Assembly (NCBI GenBank): GCA_001244265.2
Contig: CDLV01000004.1
Location: 1,302,001 to 1,366,000, forward strand
Length of the DNA: 64,000 nucleotides
Direction: 5' to 3'
From: Microbotryum violaceum
Taxonomy: Eukaryota
Part shown: one piece after another, positions 26,306 to 48,266 of the stretch
How the letters are laid out: each line of letters begins with the position of its first letter
Position numbering within the stretch: position 1 is the stretch's first letter
The notes under the pieces: model-generated
What the model saw: only the letters and a program-made list of their open reading frames with translations
Databases searched by the model: none
What the model was told of the DNA's origin: nothing
Position numbers and translations under genes: made by a program

Positions 26306-26789
26306 GCACAAGAAAGTTGGTCTTCCAAGAGGTGTGACTGCTGTCAAGGCGCGCGTCAAGAGGCAGTTGTGGGGTGGCAAGAGCCTGACGTCCGAGCGCG
26401 CTCGGTCAGGGTGGCAGTGTCCTCCTCCTCGCAGTGACTCGGAACAATTCGAGCTTGGCGATTTCTCGCAGGGACTTAGCCTCCACGTGTCGCCGGAAGA
26501 AGGTCTCGGAACAAGTTATGGTCAACTGCATGACATCTACTGCGCAACCTAAAATTAGGTAGACCGTAAGCATCACGCGACACTCTCCCTCTCTGTTTCG
26601 ACATGAAATTGAACTCGCTCGGCGATCGCGCTGCTGTTGAATTTCCGGCGAGCGTGCCTGCTCACTGGTACTGCTCACCCCTCAAGGCGGTGAAAGGGCT
26701 CGGAGCACTTTAGACCATTCTCGAAGCACGCACACATAACCGCTCTAATCGCTCGTCACTCTGGGCTCACATAAGGTCGGCTTTTGGGC

Positions 26790-26889
26790 CCACGTCGGAG
26801 GCACTCTGGTCCCAGATCGGAGGCGACTCTGGTCCCAGATCGGAGCGGACTTTGGGATACTTTGGGATCACATCGATGCTAAGCCCTCC
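26790..26889. mobile_element. Probable terminus of another DNA transposon (ends AAGCCCTCC) with subterminal tandem repeats
   Basis: ACTCTGGTCCCAGATCGGAG x2 and ACTTTGGGAT x2, ending in a terminus that resembles the neighbouring GGAGGGGCTT TIR. Confidence 0.45.
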
Positions 26890-27301
26890 ACTCTGTGGAG
26901 GGGCTTAGGACTTATCGGCGCGCCTGGCCCAGTTGCCCTCCGAAATTTCCAGGCCATTTTGGGGTGGTTCTCTGTAGCGTGGCAAGTACTTACAATTATC
27001 CAAAACGCAGAGATTTTATTGATCTTCTACTAGAAAAAATGGCCTGTGCCGAACGACAAGAGGATACCCCATCTGTAGGCGAAGCTATAATGATCTGAAG
27101 TGTGCAAACTTGGTCAATTTGGTCCCGAGTGGTCCGAGCGGCAGCACGCTGCTGCAGCCGCCGGCTTGCGCACTTCGGCGTGTGCGCATCGGTTTCTCTC
27201 CCGTCCCATTCCACATCACTCGTCTTCTCGGTACTATGCTCTTCGCTTGTTCTCGGTGCAACACCGCGCTTATCTCAGAATGACGCGGAACCGCAGACGC
27301 T

Positions 27302-29640
<2,339 letters not shown>

Positions 29641-29938
29641 CGGTGAGGCGCGGCTGGCTGATTCACGTCGGCGCGAAGAACCGTCCCTCTGGGTCCGTGC
29701 GCGAGCCAGCTCCAAGTCGAAAATAATGACTTCTTACCGCTGTAGCTCAATGAATAGGATTTGCAAGAGTCTTCCCCTTGGGCAGATGCGCGACAAAATA
29801 GCATAAGCATGCGCCTATTGAAACAGATTAGGTTGATTTTATTTGCCATGCTACAGCAAGGTGGTACTTTTCTGGGCCAAATTTCGATAGGCAACTCAGC
29901 CAAACGCGCGGATAAGGTACAAGCCCCTCCACTCCACA

Positions 29939-32712
29939 GGAGGGTTTCGAGCTTAGGCGCTGGCTGTCCAGGGAGGGCTAACTTCGGCACCTCGGGCAGA
30001 CATAAAATATACGCCTAAACAGGCGCGCGCGCAGCGCCCCCTCACGTGCCTTCCAAGTCACTGCCCCGGCGGGGTGTACCCTTGCTACCCCAGGGCGCCG
30101 ACTTGGCCCAGGTTACCCCCAACTCTCTGCTTCGAGTCGATTCTGTGTACACACAACACTCTCACAGCTGCTAGATTGATTAGGAAAGTGGGTAGTAGAT
30201 GCATTCCTTCCTTCATATTTTTCACGCATCTTTCGGATGTTGTCAATGTCACGTGTCCGAAGCGGTCGCGCGGGATTTCGGTCCCGAGATCGAAGGGTCC
30301 GAGCACACGCGTTGGCGGCAGTCGGCAGTCGGCCACGCGCGCCGAGGCCTAGCGCAACACGCGAGGGACCTTCCACTTGACTCGCCGCCTCACCTCGTTG
30401 CTTTCGCTACAGCTCCTTGTAGCGTCGCCATCGACTGTACAAGCCCCATGGCTCGGGTTCGTCCTCTTGCTCATGCACTTGACTCGGCATCGCCATGCCG
30501 CCGAAGAGAAGATACAAGTCCAAACCGTCGGTCTACAAATTGCAGGTCACCTTCTATGCCTCCGAGTCGCGGTGTGCTACGGATGTTGAACGCTTGGCCC
30601 AACTAGGGTTCATCTCTTCGACCGCTTCAATGCCGATGACCGCCTTCTCATTTCGACTGGTCGATCAGGCCCAAGCAAGCTGGAAGGTCAGCCCCCGCGC
30701 TATCACCGGCTATGCGGACGGCCTCAAAGAGTATTACTCCCGTTGTGGGTGGGGTCGGGGTCACTATACGGGACATCCTTGGAGTTTGGACGCCGCCATC
30801 GTCTCATGCGCACATGCTTAAAGCCTGCCTTCCGCGCATACAGGACAAAGACCTTCGGAAGCAACGCGATCGACGAGTACCGCGCTCTCGAAACATGCGA
30901 GGACAGCGGGGACCTTCTCGCAGGCACCGTCGATTCGTTCCAACAAGTGTCCCGCGTGCTTCGGGCCAACGTGACTTAATCAACCTTGTCACGACGTCAC
31001 ATTGGATTGCGTGCTTGCATACGATGGCAACTTTCAGCAAACGCGTGAGAAAAACTCGATCCATTGTTCCGGACACTTTCTTGGGTGAGGAAGAGGTTCA
31101 GGCGATGAAGGCCGAGGTTGAAGCTTCGGTGCGACCGACCAAAAAGGTGAGTAATGCCGCTCTTTGCAGACTTGCTGGGCTTTTGCAAAGGGATACCGAA
31201 GAGCCCGATTCAGACGTCTTGGAATCGCTAAGCGCCAAACGCCGCAGCCTCGGGATGGACATCGATCGAGCGGCAATGGCACAGGCTCGTTATGTCACGG
31301 GCCTCTCGTCCAGAGGTCAGTTAATGTGTGTTGCTCACATAATTGCTGTAGCTTGCACTGATAGCTTAGGTGCTGTGCAGAACTTCGACATCTGTTCCAG
31401 TGCTCTGTGGCGTTGCGCAGATTTCATCTCGAGGTGATTGCCTACAAAACCAGTCGGGAGAAGCTACTTTCGACGGGTCGTGGCAAGGGAGGTGCAAAGC
31501 TAGGTCAACGAGCGGTCAGCAAATCTCGTGCTACAGACGGCAAGATTTTTTCTGGCGCGGAAAAGGCTCGCAAGACGTACAAGAAGGCCGTTGAGGCCTT
31601 CCGTCTCGCGATGGGATCAACACCTTCGAGCCTACTCAACAATCTCAGGATTTCCGACAGCTTGAAATCTGCGATCGACCTCGATGAGACGGACCCGTTC
31701 TGGCAGGACGGCTTTTTCACGCATGTTGAAGCTGCTTGGGCTGTCAATCCTTGGGTCAAGCGAGGAGTAACAGCTGTGCGCGCCAAGGATCGAGTCGGTG
31801 AGGAGAAAGCGCGGATCGGCGCCGAGGTGCGGCAAGCTTTGGCTTGGCTTGAAGATGAGAAAACTCGTCTCACTAGTTGCCAGACACTTTGGACTAACGT
31901 TCGGGTAAGTTTTCGACACGGCGTGCTCCATATCACCTCTTAGGTCGCCCTAACATCTTTCAAACCATCTCAACAGATACCCTTCCTGAATCCATCGACC
32001 CAGCTGATGCCAAGTCCATATTCGGCACTGAAGATGTTGAAGAGATCCGAGGCCGCGCGCTCATCCTACTAGATCGCCGGATGGAGCTTCTGCAGCTGCG
32101 CGAATGTTCTTGGTCCCAGAACAACTATTTCTTCGATGTTTGGCTCAAGACTCGCGGGCAGTCAGAGGGCCATTCCGAGCCCATGCCTCCTGCACTGTCA
32201 GAACTTCGTGGTTTACATCAACGATTGAACGCAACGGGAAGAGCTGTCAAGAAGGCAAAACATCACGAGCGACCTGCACATAATCGATCCGGAACACGCG
32301 GTACTATGGGGAGATCTGGCCTCGACGACTCGGCGGGGCCTCCACCGCTGGCCCGTGACGTTCAGCAAGTGCGGGCCATTGAGGCACAAATGGATATGAG
32401 CGACGGGGCTGAACTCGCAAAGGAGGTAGGGCCTCTCTCCGCACAACTCCTCGAGCAGGACGGTGAGATGGGCAGCTCTTCAAATAAAAGCTACGGCGAT
32501 GACTTCGCTGGTCAGGAAGACGAATACTTCTCGGACGTTTAGACCAGCTTTGTAAATTGAATTAGTGAAGCAACTTAATGTTGAAACAATGGAAATGGTG
32601 TTTGCAAACTATAGTCGTCTCAATTGCGGTGGGTGAGAGTAATAACACCGTCTTCTAGGAAGAAATATTGTCAGACCTAATCTCTGGGCTGCGCCTGCCT
32701 TACTAGGCTCCT
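29939..32712 (+). mobile_element. Kyakuja-Dileera-Zisupton (KDZ) transposon remnant; right boundary uncertain
   Basis: Starts GGAGGGTTTCG 8 bp after the preceding TIR; contains the KDZ pseudogene; only a weak inverted match near 32681-32712. Confidence 0.6.
30495..32542 (+). pseudogene. CxC1-KDZ transposase with most of the catalytic core deleted
   Basis: CxC1-like LAQLGFISST..P.TAFSFRL; AYDGNFQQ at ~31017; FL.EEEV.AM; C-terminal DPFWQDG...WAVNPWVKRGV.A....DRV.EE.ARI..E.RQALAW. Confidence 0.75.
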
Positions 32713-32713
32713 G

Positions 32714-33247
32714 CCGGGTGACTTGCTGGGTGACTTGCCGGGTGACTTTTCAATCAAAGCGCATGCAATTGCTCGAGTACCTAGAATGTCTACCACGTGA
32801 AGATGGATGAGTGGGTTCGATCACTATATCTCTTACCCTCGGACAGGGTTGAATAGCAAAGATGGCATGTGCGTGCAAGCCCTTCTTCCGAACAAGATGG
32901 CTCGGCGGTTTCCTTTACCAGTGCCGGGTGACTGTCCAATCAAAGCGCATGCAATTGCTCGAGTACCTAGAATGCCTTCCACGTGAAAATGGGTGAGGGG
33001 GTTGAGCAATATAGAGAATGTATCTCCTACCTTCGGACAGGGTTGAATAGCAAAGTTGGCATGTGCGTGCAAGCCCTTCTTCCGAACAAGATGGCTCGGC
33101 GGTTTCCCTTACCAGTGCCGAAGGTCATTTCAGTCAAAACGCATGCAACTGCTCGAGTACCTAGAAGTTCTACCCCGTGAAGATGGGTGAGTGGGTTCGA
33201 TCATTACAGAGAATGTATCTTCTTCCGAACAAGACGGCTGGGCGGCT
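32714..33247. repeat. Three 12-bp units (GCCGGGTGACTT) followed by ~2.6 tandem copies of a ~190-bp unit
   Basis: CAATCAAAGCGCATGCAATTGCTCGAGTACCTAGAA recurs at 32751, 32937 and (variant) 33131. Confidence 0.9.
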
Positions 33248-34399
33248 CACTCTCTCTGAGAATTCCCGCTCGAAGGACTCGACTTTCTGCCATGTCGCGG
33301 CCAAAGAACCTTTGCACCAATCCCCATCCCTGCTACTGAGACTTGCGCCTGTTTTAAGAGAAGCTTGGTGTCAACAAGTCTATGCTTGACGGGAAGTCGG
33401 AGATCGTTTTTCCTCACCTCCTAGACTGCGCACACCGGTGACGAACAAGACCTTTCATGGCGTCAAATCAATTAGATCCGCGCATACAGCAATCAGAGAT
33501 GATGATGATGCAACTATAACCCTTAGTTAGGAGCTTCAGGAGACCCATCCGGGAAGTCAGGTCAACCATTAGTGGACCGCTCGATGCTGCGACACTCTTC
33601 GGACGGCTCTCATGGCCGACAATACATCAGAGCCCGGGTAATATCATAGAGTCATAATCTGAGAACATGCCTAACTCGAAGATCGCGATGAGAGCTGAAT
33701 GGCCTCATACCGCCGAGTCTTTGTACATTCGGATTCACCAGAAATGCCACTGACAATTCATCTTAGTGCGGCGAACTTAATGCAAGAATTCTCTCTGCTT
33801 TGAGCACTTACCATGTGGTCTGAGGATTGGCGGCCTATCTCATTGACGAGAAGGAATGTTTCTCAAGTAAGAGGTAGGTATGAGCGACCCTTCGAGAACT
33901 TTCCAGTTTCAGACGCTTTCAAGTCAGCCGCCAGGTACGGCTGCCGATTTGCCACTGCATCGATTACTGTGTCTCGGAGTCAATTGGGCTTTTTAGCCCA
34001 AAAGCCTGTTACAAGCCTAAGCCTTCCATGTTCTCACCGAATATATTATCGAGTACGACCCGCCTCTCATCAAGCACGTACTTCGTCGCTACTTCGCTAC
34101 TTACGACTGATTTCCTACGTGTTCCGCTCCGCTTCATTTGCGCGTTCAGGCTCAGCTTCTTCTGGGAGCGCGCGCCGCTTGAAGTCAATCGGCCGGGGGT
34201 CGTCACCGTGGCCCAGCAGTTCTGATTGGCACTTTGGCGAAGACCGAGCCCGGCCAGATGCAACCCTTGCCCGTTCACTTTAGTGCTGATAGATGATAAG
34301 AAGATGCTAACATACACTGCAATTTGTGGAATCGCGTTGCGAATTCTGTTCAATCATTCTTTGCTCAAAGAGTCACTTCCGGAAAGCAGACGCTCCGTC

Positions 34400-37500
<3,101 letters not shown>

Positions 37501-37651
37501 TAGAAAACGTTCATCATATTGCCCCCAGTTCCTGTTCCCCCTGGAAAGTGCTTTCTCTTTTGTTTAACTGGGCTCATAAATTACGATCCTTCGGGTTGGC
37601 TAGAATCGCTACAAAAAGAGCTAAAAGAGGTAATAAAGCAACGACGGCTGG

Positions 37652-42054
<4,403 letters not shown>

Positions 42055-42264
42055 TCTTTGTCGTGAGTGCTTGGTGCGGCGCAGAGACGGGAGCTGGTAC
42101 TGAGTTGGTCATTGGCCCAACAGATCAAGGCTGCTGCTGAGCAAGTTCAGAGTTTGAAGTAGGCGGGAGGCCGGAGAAACAAATGAATGGAGCATTGAAT
42201 GATCTTTCATCAAGTTGTGAAGGTGATATAAGAGTGGCATCGCGGGAAATGAACACAATCTTTA

Positions 42265-43107
42265 TGTGAGGTGATTGGTACAGAAACCGTGACTGCTCGA
42301 GAAGTCAAGAGACTATTCATATCCGCAAACTTGAAGAACTTTGGCCGTTCCGCTCCTTGCTTAGTTTGTGCAACCCAAGCAGAGACATAGAAGGAATGTT
42401 GAGGACGTCAATGATGCATCATGGTAGATGAGTTTGAAGTGAGCAAGCAAATGTAGGTTGCGCACAGCATTTGAAGCGAGCAAAGACGTACACTCATGCA
42501 TGAAGCGGGCAGGGAAGCTGAGGCGCCGCCAAGAGGATGGTGGGCGGTACCCGGCGCCGTAACAAACTATCACAAAGGGGCAAAGAGATAGGAGAGGTGA
42601 GCCGGACGTAGGGGCTCGAGGCGAGGGACAAGGGATGAGTCGAGAGATGTTCCAAGGACTTCCCGAGAGAGGCGAGAACAAGGGCCGAGAGCAAGAATGT
42701 GACCTTTTGCAAGATTCGAGTTGCAGAAAAGAGAAAGAGAAACAAGCCATCACACTGGACACCTGTTATGCACAAGATAGAATGCAAAGGAACACGTGCC
42801 CATGAAACGAAGTCATGTGCATCAAGCGAGATGATAGGAGCCAAACGGAGTCATGTGACCGAGCCAGATCACGTGGACCAGGCAAGACCACATGGACCAG
42901 GTGAGAACACGTGTACAATAGATGTACCTGAAGCAAGACCATGCGACCAAGTGAGCTGATGATGTAAGCAAAGCGAGATCATGTGATCAAGACGTGATCA
43001 CGTGCAATACTGAAGCGAGGACCCGTACTCGAAGCGAGCCGAGATCACGTGGTCCAAGTGAGATCACGTGAGCCAAGGGCACAAGTTGCAAGATCCCGTT
43101 TGTGACA
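42265..43107 (-). mobile_element. Probable long LTR (gypsy-like) rich in CACGTG-type motifs
   Basis: TG...CA termini (TGTCACAAAC...CCTCACA on minus strand), many GATCACGTG/GATCATGTG units; no TSD found. Confidence 0.45.
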
Positions 43108-43960
43108 CGAACACGGCGGCAAAACAAACTAATCCCAGCGGCTGAGTATGGGTCAAGATCCGAGGCTTCACCAGAGTCAGAATCAAAATGCTTGGGCCTA
43201 CAGGTATAGATCAGCACGTGATTGCAATCCGGAGCAAGTGCATGTGTGGCCGACGGCAAGACTACGCGCTACACGCCGCGCCAGGCGCAAGAAAAGCCAC
43301 CACAAGCGCGCGGGATAGACGTAGAACCCTGCCCGTACACCATGCACCGCCACTGTTTTGTTTTTCGAACCGACCTTTAATCTACCCCGTGCGTTGCAAA
43401 ATGTGTGAGGCTAATGAACATTTTAACCGAGAAGCAATGACTTGTAATTGCAATCAAGAGTCCGCCGCATTCAACAGCCTTGCAAATAGCCATTTAATTC
43501 TTCTGATTCCTCTGATCTGACCCTAATCAGTGTGTCTCGACACGGGAGTCTCCGCCGCCACCCACCCGGTCCCGAGAGACCGGTCCCGAGAGAACCTGTC
43601 CTAAGACCTCTTAGGAGAGTTTGAGCGCCCATTAGAACTTGACTCTGGCTTGCTTAGCAAGTCTTAGTGAGACTTGCCCATAGTCGCCTGACGTGAGTGA
43701 GAGGCCGGCCGAAGAGCGCAGAGCTGGAGCGCTGGAGCTCCCGCCCTGTAGGCAGGAGGTAGCGGTTGGTACCATTCTTTTTTGACTTTTTTGTTCTGTC
43801 TTGCTGTTGTGATAAAGCTGTTGGCTGGCGCCGCCCTAAGGCTAAGCGCAGTTTATAGAGACTTGACTTAAACCCGACTGCGCGCCGACTTCGTACCGAC
43901 CTGCAGGTCGGGCTATCCGAACGAACCCGACCCACCGCCGACCCCAGCCCAACCTCATCA

Positions 43961-44101
43961 CCCTATGAGGAGCAGCGCGGTGAGCAAGCGAAGATGCCGA
44001 GTAGAAGAGGATAGGGAACGTTGGAAATGTATTACACTAACCTATGAGGAGCAGCGCAGTGAGCAAACGAAGATGCCAAGTAGAAGAGGATAGGGAACAT
44101 T
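43961..44101. repeat. Tandem duplication, ~79-bp period
   Basis: CCTATGAGGAGCAGCGC.GTGAGCAA.CGAAGATGCC.AGTAGAAGAGGATAGGGAAC at 43962 and 44041. Confidence 0.9.
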
Positions 44102-44636
44102 AAGGGAAAAGAGAGGGAGAGCCGCGCTAGTCGCTGCCTCGGGTAATCTAAGTCAGAATCTAAAGAGGTCCGAGCGCGACCGAGTTCCCATTCCCCAATC
44201 TCCGTATGCTGGAGTTGAGAGCGCCCCTGCAATGTAGTGTACACGATGACACACCCGACTTGCGCCCGACCCCAGCCCGGACTCGCGCCCGACCCCGGCG
44301 ACTTGCGCCCGACCTGACGTTCCTTAGAGCTTCGACAGCCACGCGCGTGCGGGGTATTTCGACCATTTCGTCGAATAAAATCTCAGAATACATAGCATCA
44401 TTTTCGAGGCTGGGACCCCCTCATTTTTCGAAACGAAACCTTCAGCTCTAACGAGCTTCAGGGATTTCCCCAGCTCGTGCCCCCCCAATTTTCGTTGGAC
44501 AAACCTTCAGCTCTAGAGAGTTTCAAGGATACATCCTTTAGGGCTTCCAGTCCGATTCGCGCGGCCTCAGTTGTCACATGAATCAAAGGACACAAGTACG
44601 CTAAGGCCGGGTCTGCTCCGAGCAGCCTCCTGCAGC

Positions 44637-45580
44637 TTACTTCTTCTTGACCTCTTTACGTTTTACAACTTCTTCACCCACAAATATCCCTTTTCCCTAT
44701 GGAGCACCGTCAATTCAGAAGGCTATGTTAGCGCCCCATTCAGAGCCGAGCCCGTGGGGTTGAGTGACATGCTTACATTGTATGGTTCGGGCACTCGCCA
44801 ACTGCGTATGCGAGCGGCAACTTGGCCCAGACGTTGCTGGTCGATCCCGGACAGGACGATACTGGTTGTCGAAGGCACAGAAGCATGCACATCGTGTGGC
44901 AAGTCGACGAATATCGGGTGCGCGAAACCGAGTTTGAGATGCAGCCGCTGTGCGCTGGAGGCGGGCTCGGATGACGTAGATGACGGGGGTGATGGAATCT
45001 TTGCCGGCGCTGTAGATGCAGGCTCCAACGATGCGCGATAACCGACGCCGACGAGCCGGATAGGAAGGCTAAATCCTTGCGATACGCCATACACGGCGTT
45101 GGCCAGGAGCGAGCGGGTCAGGCCCCAGATTGCGCGCTGGTGCTTGATCCGAGAATCCTGCACGGACAGCACGACCGACGAGGGCTCAGCTCCGCGTGCC
45201 ACTCCGCGACTGGCGGGATCATTGGTCAAGCGAGGCGAGGCGAGTTTCATGAACGATGGGATATCCACCGCAAGTTCGCCCTTGGGTCCTGTGACGAGCA
45301 GCCGGGTCGAACGTTGCGGCGCCGATGGCCCGCGGGGGGCTACGTCAACGACAAGTTGTACTACCGTCGGCAACACGACGGGTTGTGAGCCGATGTGTGA
45401 CGGGGCGACACTGCTCGAGCTAAACAGTCGAACGCGCTGGGCCAGCTTGAGCGACGGCGGGGGCGAGGGCGAGCACGGCGACAATGACGACGATGATGAC
45501 GGGGTGCGGAGACGGGTTGTAGCACTGCAGCAGATTGAGCAAAAGTCGCCTGCACCTAGGGCCCGTCTGAAACTGGCCAT
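44637..45580 (-). CDS. MRPL6: Mitochondrial ribosomal protein uL6m
   Basis: SHIGSQPV, VTGPKGEL, QRAIWGLTRSLLANAVYGVSQGF, LVGVGYRA, LKLGFAHP, IRSWRVPEPYN|GKGIFV. Confidence 0.95.
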
Positions 45581-45889
45581 GAAGCTTCAAGCGGTGGTTG
45601 GCGGCCAACCTGGCAAAGGACAGCAGACGAACTCGAGAGCTGCTTTCGCACTGCAGTAATGGCCGGTTGCCAAAGGCGACCAACGGGCGCGCCGAGCGAG
45701 TCGAAAGGCGAGTGCGGTGTGAATCACTCCCTCTTGCTAGAACCAACTATTCTCGCTCGCAACATCGCCTGTTGCTCGCTCGAAACTCCATAATTTTTTG
45801 CTTTCCACGCTTTTCCACGCCTTTCTACGCCAACAAACATCTTCTCCCTACATTTTCGTTCCAACACGAACAAGTGCATCAGCAACTTT

Positions 45890-48253
45890 GCCACTCGCGC
45901 TTTAGTGCAATTTAGCGCACTTTAGTGCCAAAAGCGCACTTTCTATAATCTCCGGTTGGTCACTAAATGACACTCAAAAGGCACTTAGTTAAGTGCACTT
46001 AAGTGCACTTTGTACCATTTAATGGCTTCCGTGCCATTCAGTGCACTTATGGTGCTTTTGCAACAGCAACCTGATTTCAGTGCTATTATGTGTATCGACT
46101 CTCCTGACCACTCGCGCGAGTCGTAGCGGAATAGTGGTTCGAGTTGCAGCAAGACGAAGGACAACATTACTGTAGGAGTTGTTAAACAAATACCTCAAGC
46201 GGTGAAAACCCAGCCTTCTGGGGAAAACCGCAAGAAATAGGAGAGTCCGAACTTCTTGGTGATACACAGGGATGGTGGGCATGATGACAATTGGGAGCTT
46301 TGGGACCCAAGCTTCTGGATGTCAGTCGGCTGCAACTGATGATGGAGCAAGTCCACTGATCGTCTCAGCATACCTTTGCGACAAAGGCAAGACACTGTAT
46401 AAAGACAGTTGTGGCGCGGTTGGTGCAAAGGACGGCAAAGGGCTGAGAGATATGCGATTTAGCTCGTTGCCCAACAAGGGCTCGGAGCAAAATGCCCCCA
46501 CAAATAATTTGAAGGGATCCAAGTGCAAAGTACACCGTGCAACAAGCTTGGGTGTATCGAAGCACTTACCCTGAGCCACGTCGAGGGTTTCATACGAGCT
46601 GCTAGCAGCTGTGAACGTCCGGCAAGATGGAACTCTCGATCAGCGACCTCGTCAGCTGGGAGGTAGTCTTGGGAGTGAGGAACGCACCTGTCCCTACACT
46701 GCCTACAGGTGGTGAACGCAGCCATAGAAGCTGGTAAGGAAACGTCGACAACGCAGTTTAGGCCCGAAAGGGAACGTGCGTTGCGAGTACCGCCTGTGAG
46801 CCCGCGTGTGTGGGAAGCACAGCTATAGCATCCACGGGGGAGAGAGGGTCCGTGCGCGCGAGCCTGAATCGGCGCGTCAAATCCTTGCAGCAAAAGCCGA
46901 AAAGACCATTCGGTTCTACACAGCCCACACACTTGAAACTTCCGCCTCAAGTTGTCGATGCTCGCGATATCAATTTCTCACTGAACTGGCCAGCCTGATT
47001 GCCCATCAAGCTGCTCATAAGTGTAACCACCTCAAGCTGTTCTACTCAAGGGAGGCCGATGGAATCGATCGAGCGACCCAACTCGCGGAGGCAGGCGTAG
47101 AGGTTAGCAATACAGAGGAAGGACGCAGCACTCGCTGAGTCGCTGCAAAGACATCATGGCGGGCACGACAAGGAGCTTTCGCTGGACTGGAGGTGACCAG
47201 ATGGCCCGAGCGCTCACAACACACGAGGATCCAGAAGAATATCTATACTGAGGATGGCTGTGTTCAAGTGAGGAATTTAAGAGCGAAGGCAACTGGATCT
47301 ACTGTTTGGAGAAACAAGCAGACGGAGCGCTAGCACAGCGCTATCCTCATTTTGGATTGCTTGACGGCGGAGCTGTAACCACTGCCACAACATTGGAGAT
47401 CGGATCTCTGGTCTGCTTTAGCCTCAAGCGTGGCATGCATTCACTCAGCTGCGATCAAACTGCTTATGGAGAAGAAGCGTTGTCCATCGAAATTGGTATG
47501 TTGTTTTGAGTGGCAGTTGAGTTGTGATGTTCTCATTTGACACAGGTCTTGTCCGTACAGTGCGATACATTGACAGCAAAGTGACAACAGTCGCTCGCGT
47601 CGTTGATTGTACTTTCAAATGTCGTCGTACAGGAGCTTTGCCCATCAGGGAAAGCATGCTCTTCCACTCACCTCATTGATGGCACTATGCCGTTCCGCAT
47701 GATTGATGGTCGACAGGTCATCGAGTCATTCGGCCCGCCAAATACTACATACCGTTCAACCACGGACCTTACCCCACTTTACCCCGACAAGTGCGTAATC
47801 AGCACGAGCGCACATGCCGAGCAAAGATTTGCCTCCCTTCGGAGCGTGCCCGGCCTGCGAGATGCCGCCGGCAGAAGCTCTACAAGCCGCAAATGCCACT
47901 GGGGATACAAAGAGCTCAATTTCAGTAAACCGGAAGTCTGACAACGAAGTAGCGAGCCTGCCAGCCAAGCAAGGAAGGCTTGTTTGATGCCTGGAGCCAC
48001 GCGCGACACCAGCCGAAGCGACGCGCGCCGCAAGCCACTTTCGATTGGCCGCCGCGCGCCCGCAAACGCTCGGAACGCGTCTTCGAGGACTTTTGGGCGA
48101 TTTTTGGAGCATGTAGAACACATTTTGATAATATTTCCGAGGCGCATGTGAAATTTTGACATTTTGCAGCCAGAATAGGGTGAATAACTTTGACAAAAGT
48201 CCAAAAAAGGGCGTTTTTCCACGTGCGCCTCTGGCTGGGCTTTCGGGGGTCCT
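45890..48253 (+). mobile_element. Left-truncated member of the AGGACCCC TIR family with decayed coding sequence; left boundary approximate
   Basis: Right TIR CGCCTCTGGCTGGGCTTTCGGGGGTCCT ends at 48253; AAAAAGG.CGTTTTT subterminal motif shared with the other copies. Confidence 0.65.
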
Positions 48254-48266
48254 GTCCTTGTCCAGT

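Noticed and set aside
32751-33247. Possible CRISPR-like array
   Set aside because: Whole units are homologous with no unique spacers; eukaryotic context and no cas genes
33410-33432. CCTCCTAGACTGCGCA as the right end plus TSD of the KDZ element
   Set aside because: No extended inverted match and the spacing is off
37569-37580. TGGGCTCATAA resembling the tRNA-iMet anticodon arm or a copia PBS
   Set aside because: No cloverleaf, wrong strand for the adjacent copia, and no LTR end beside it
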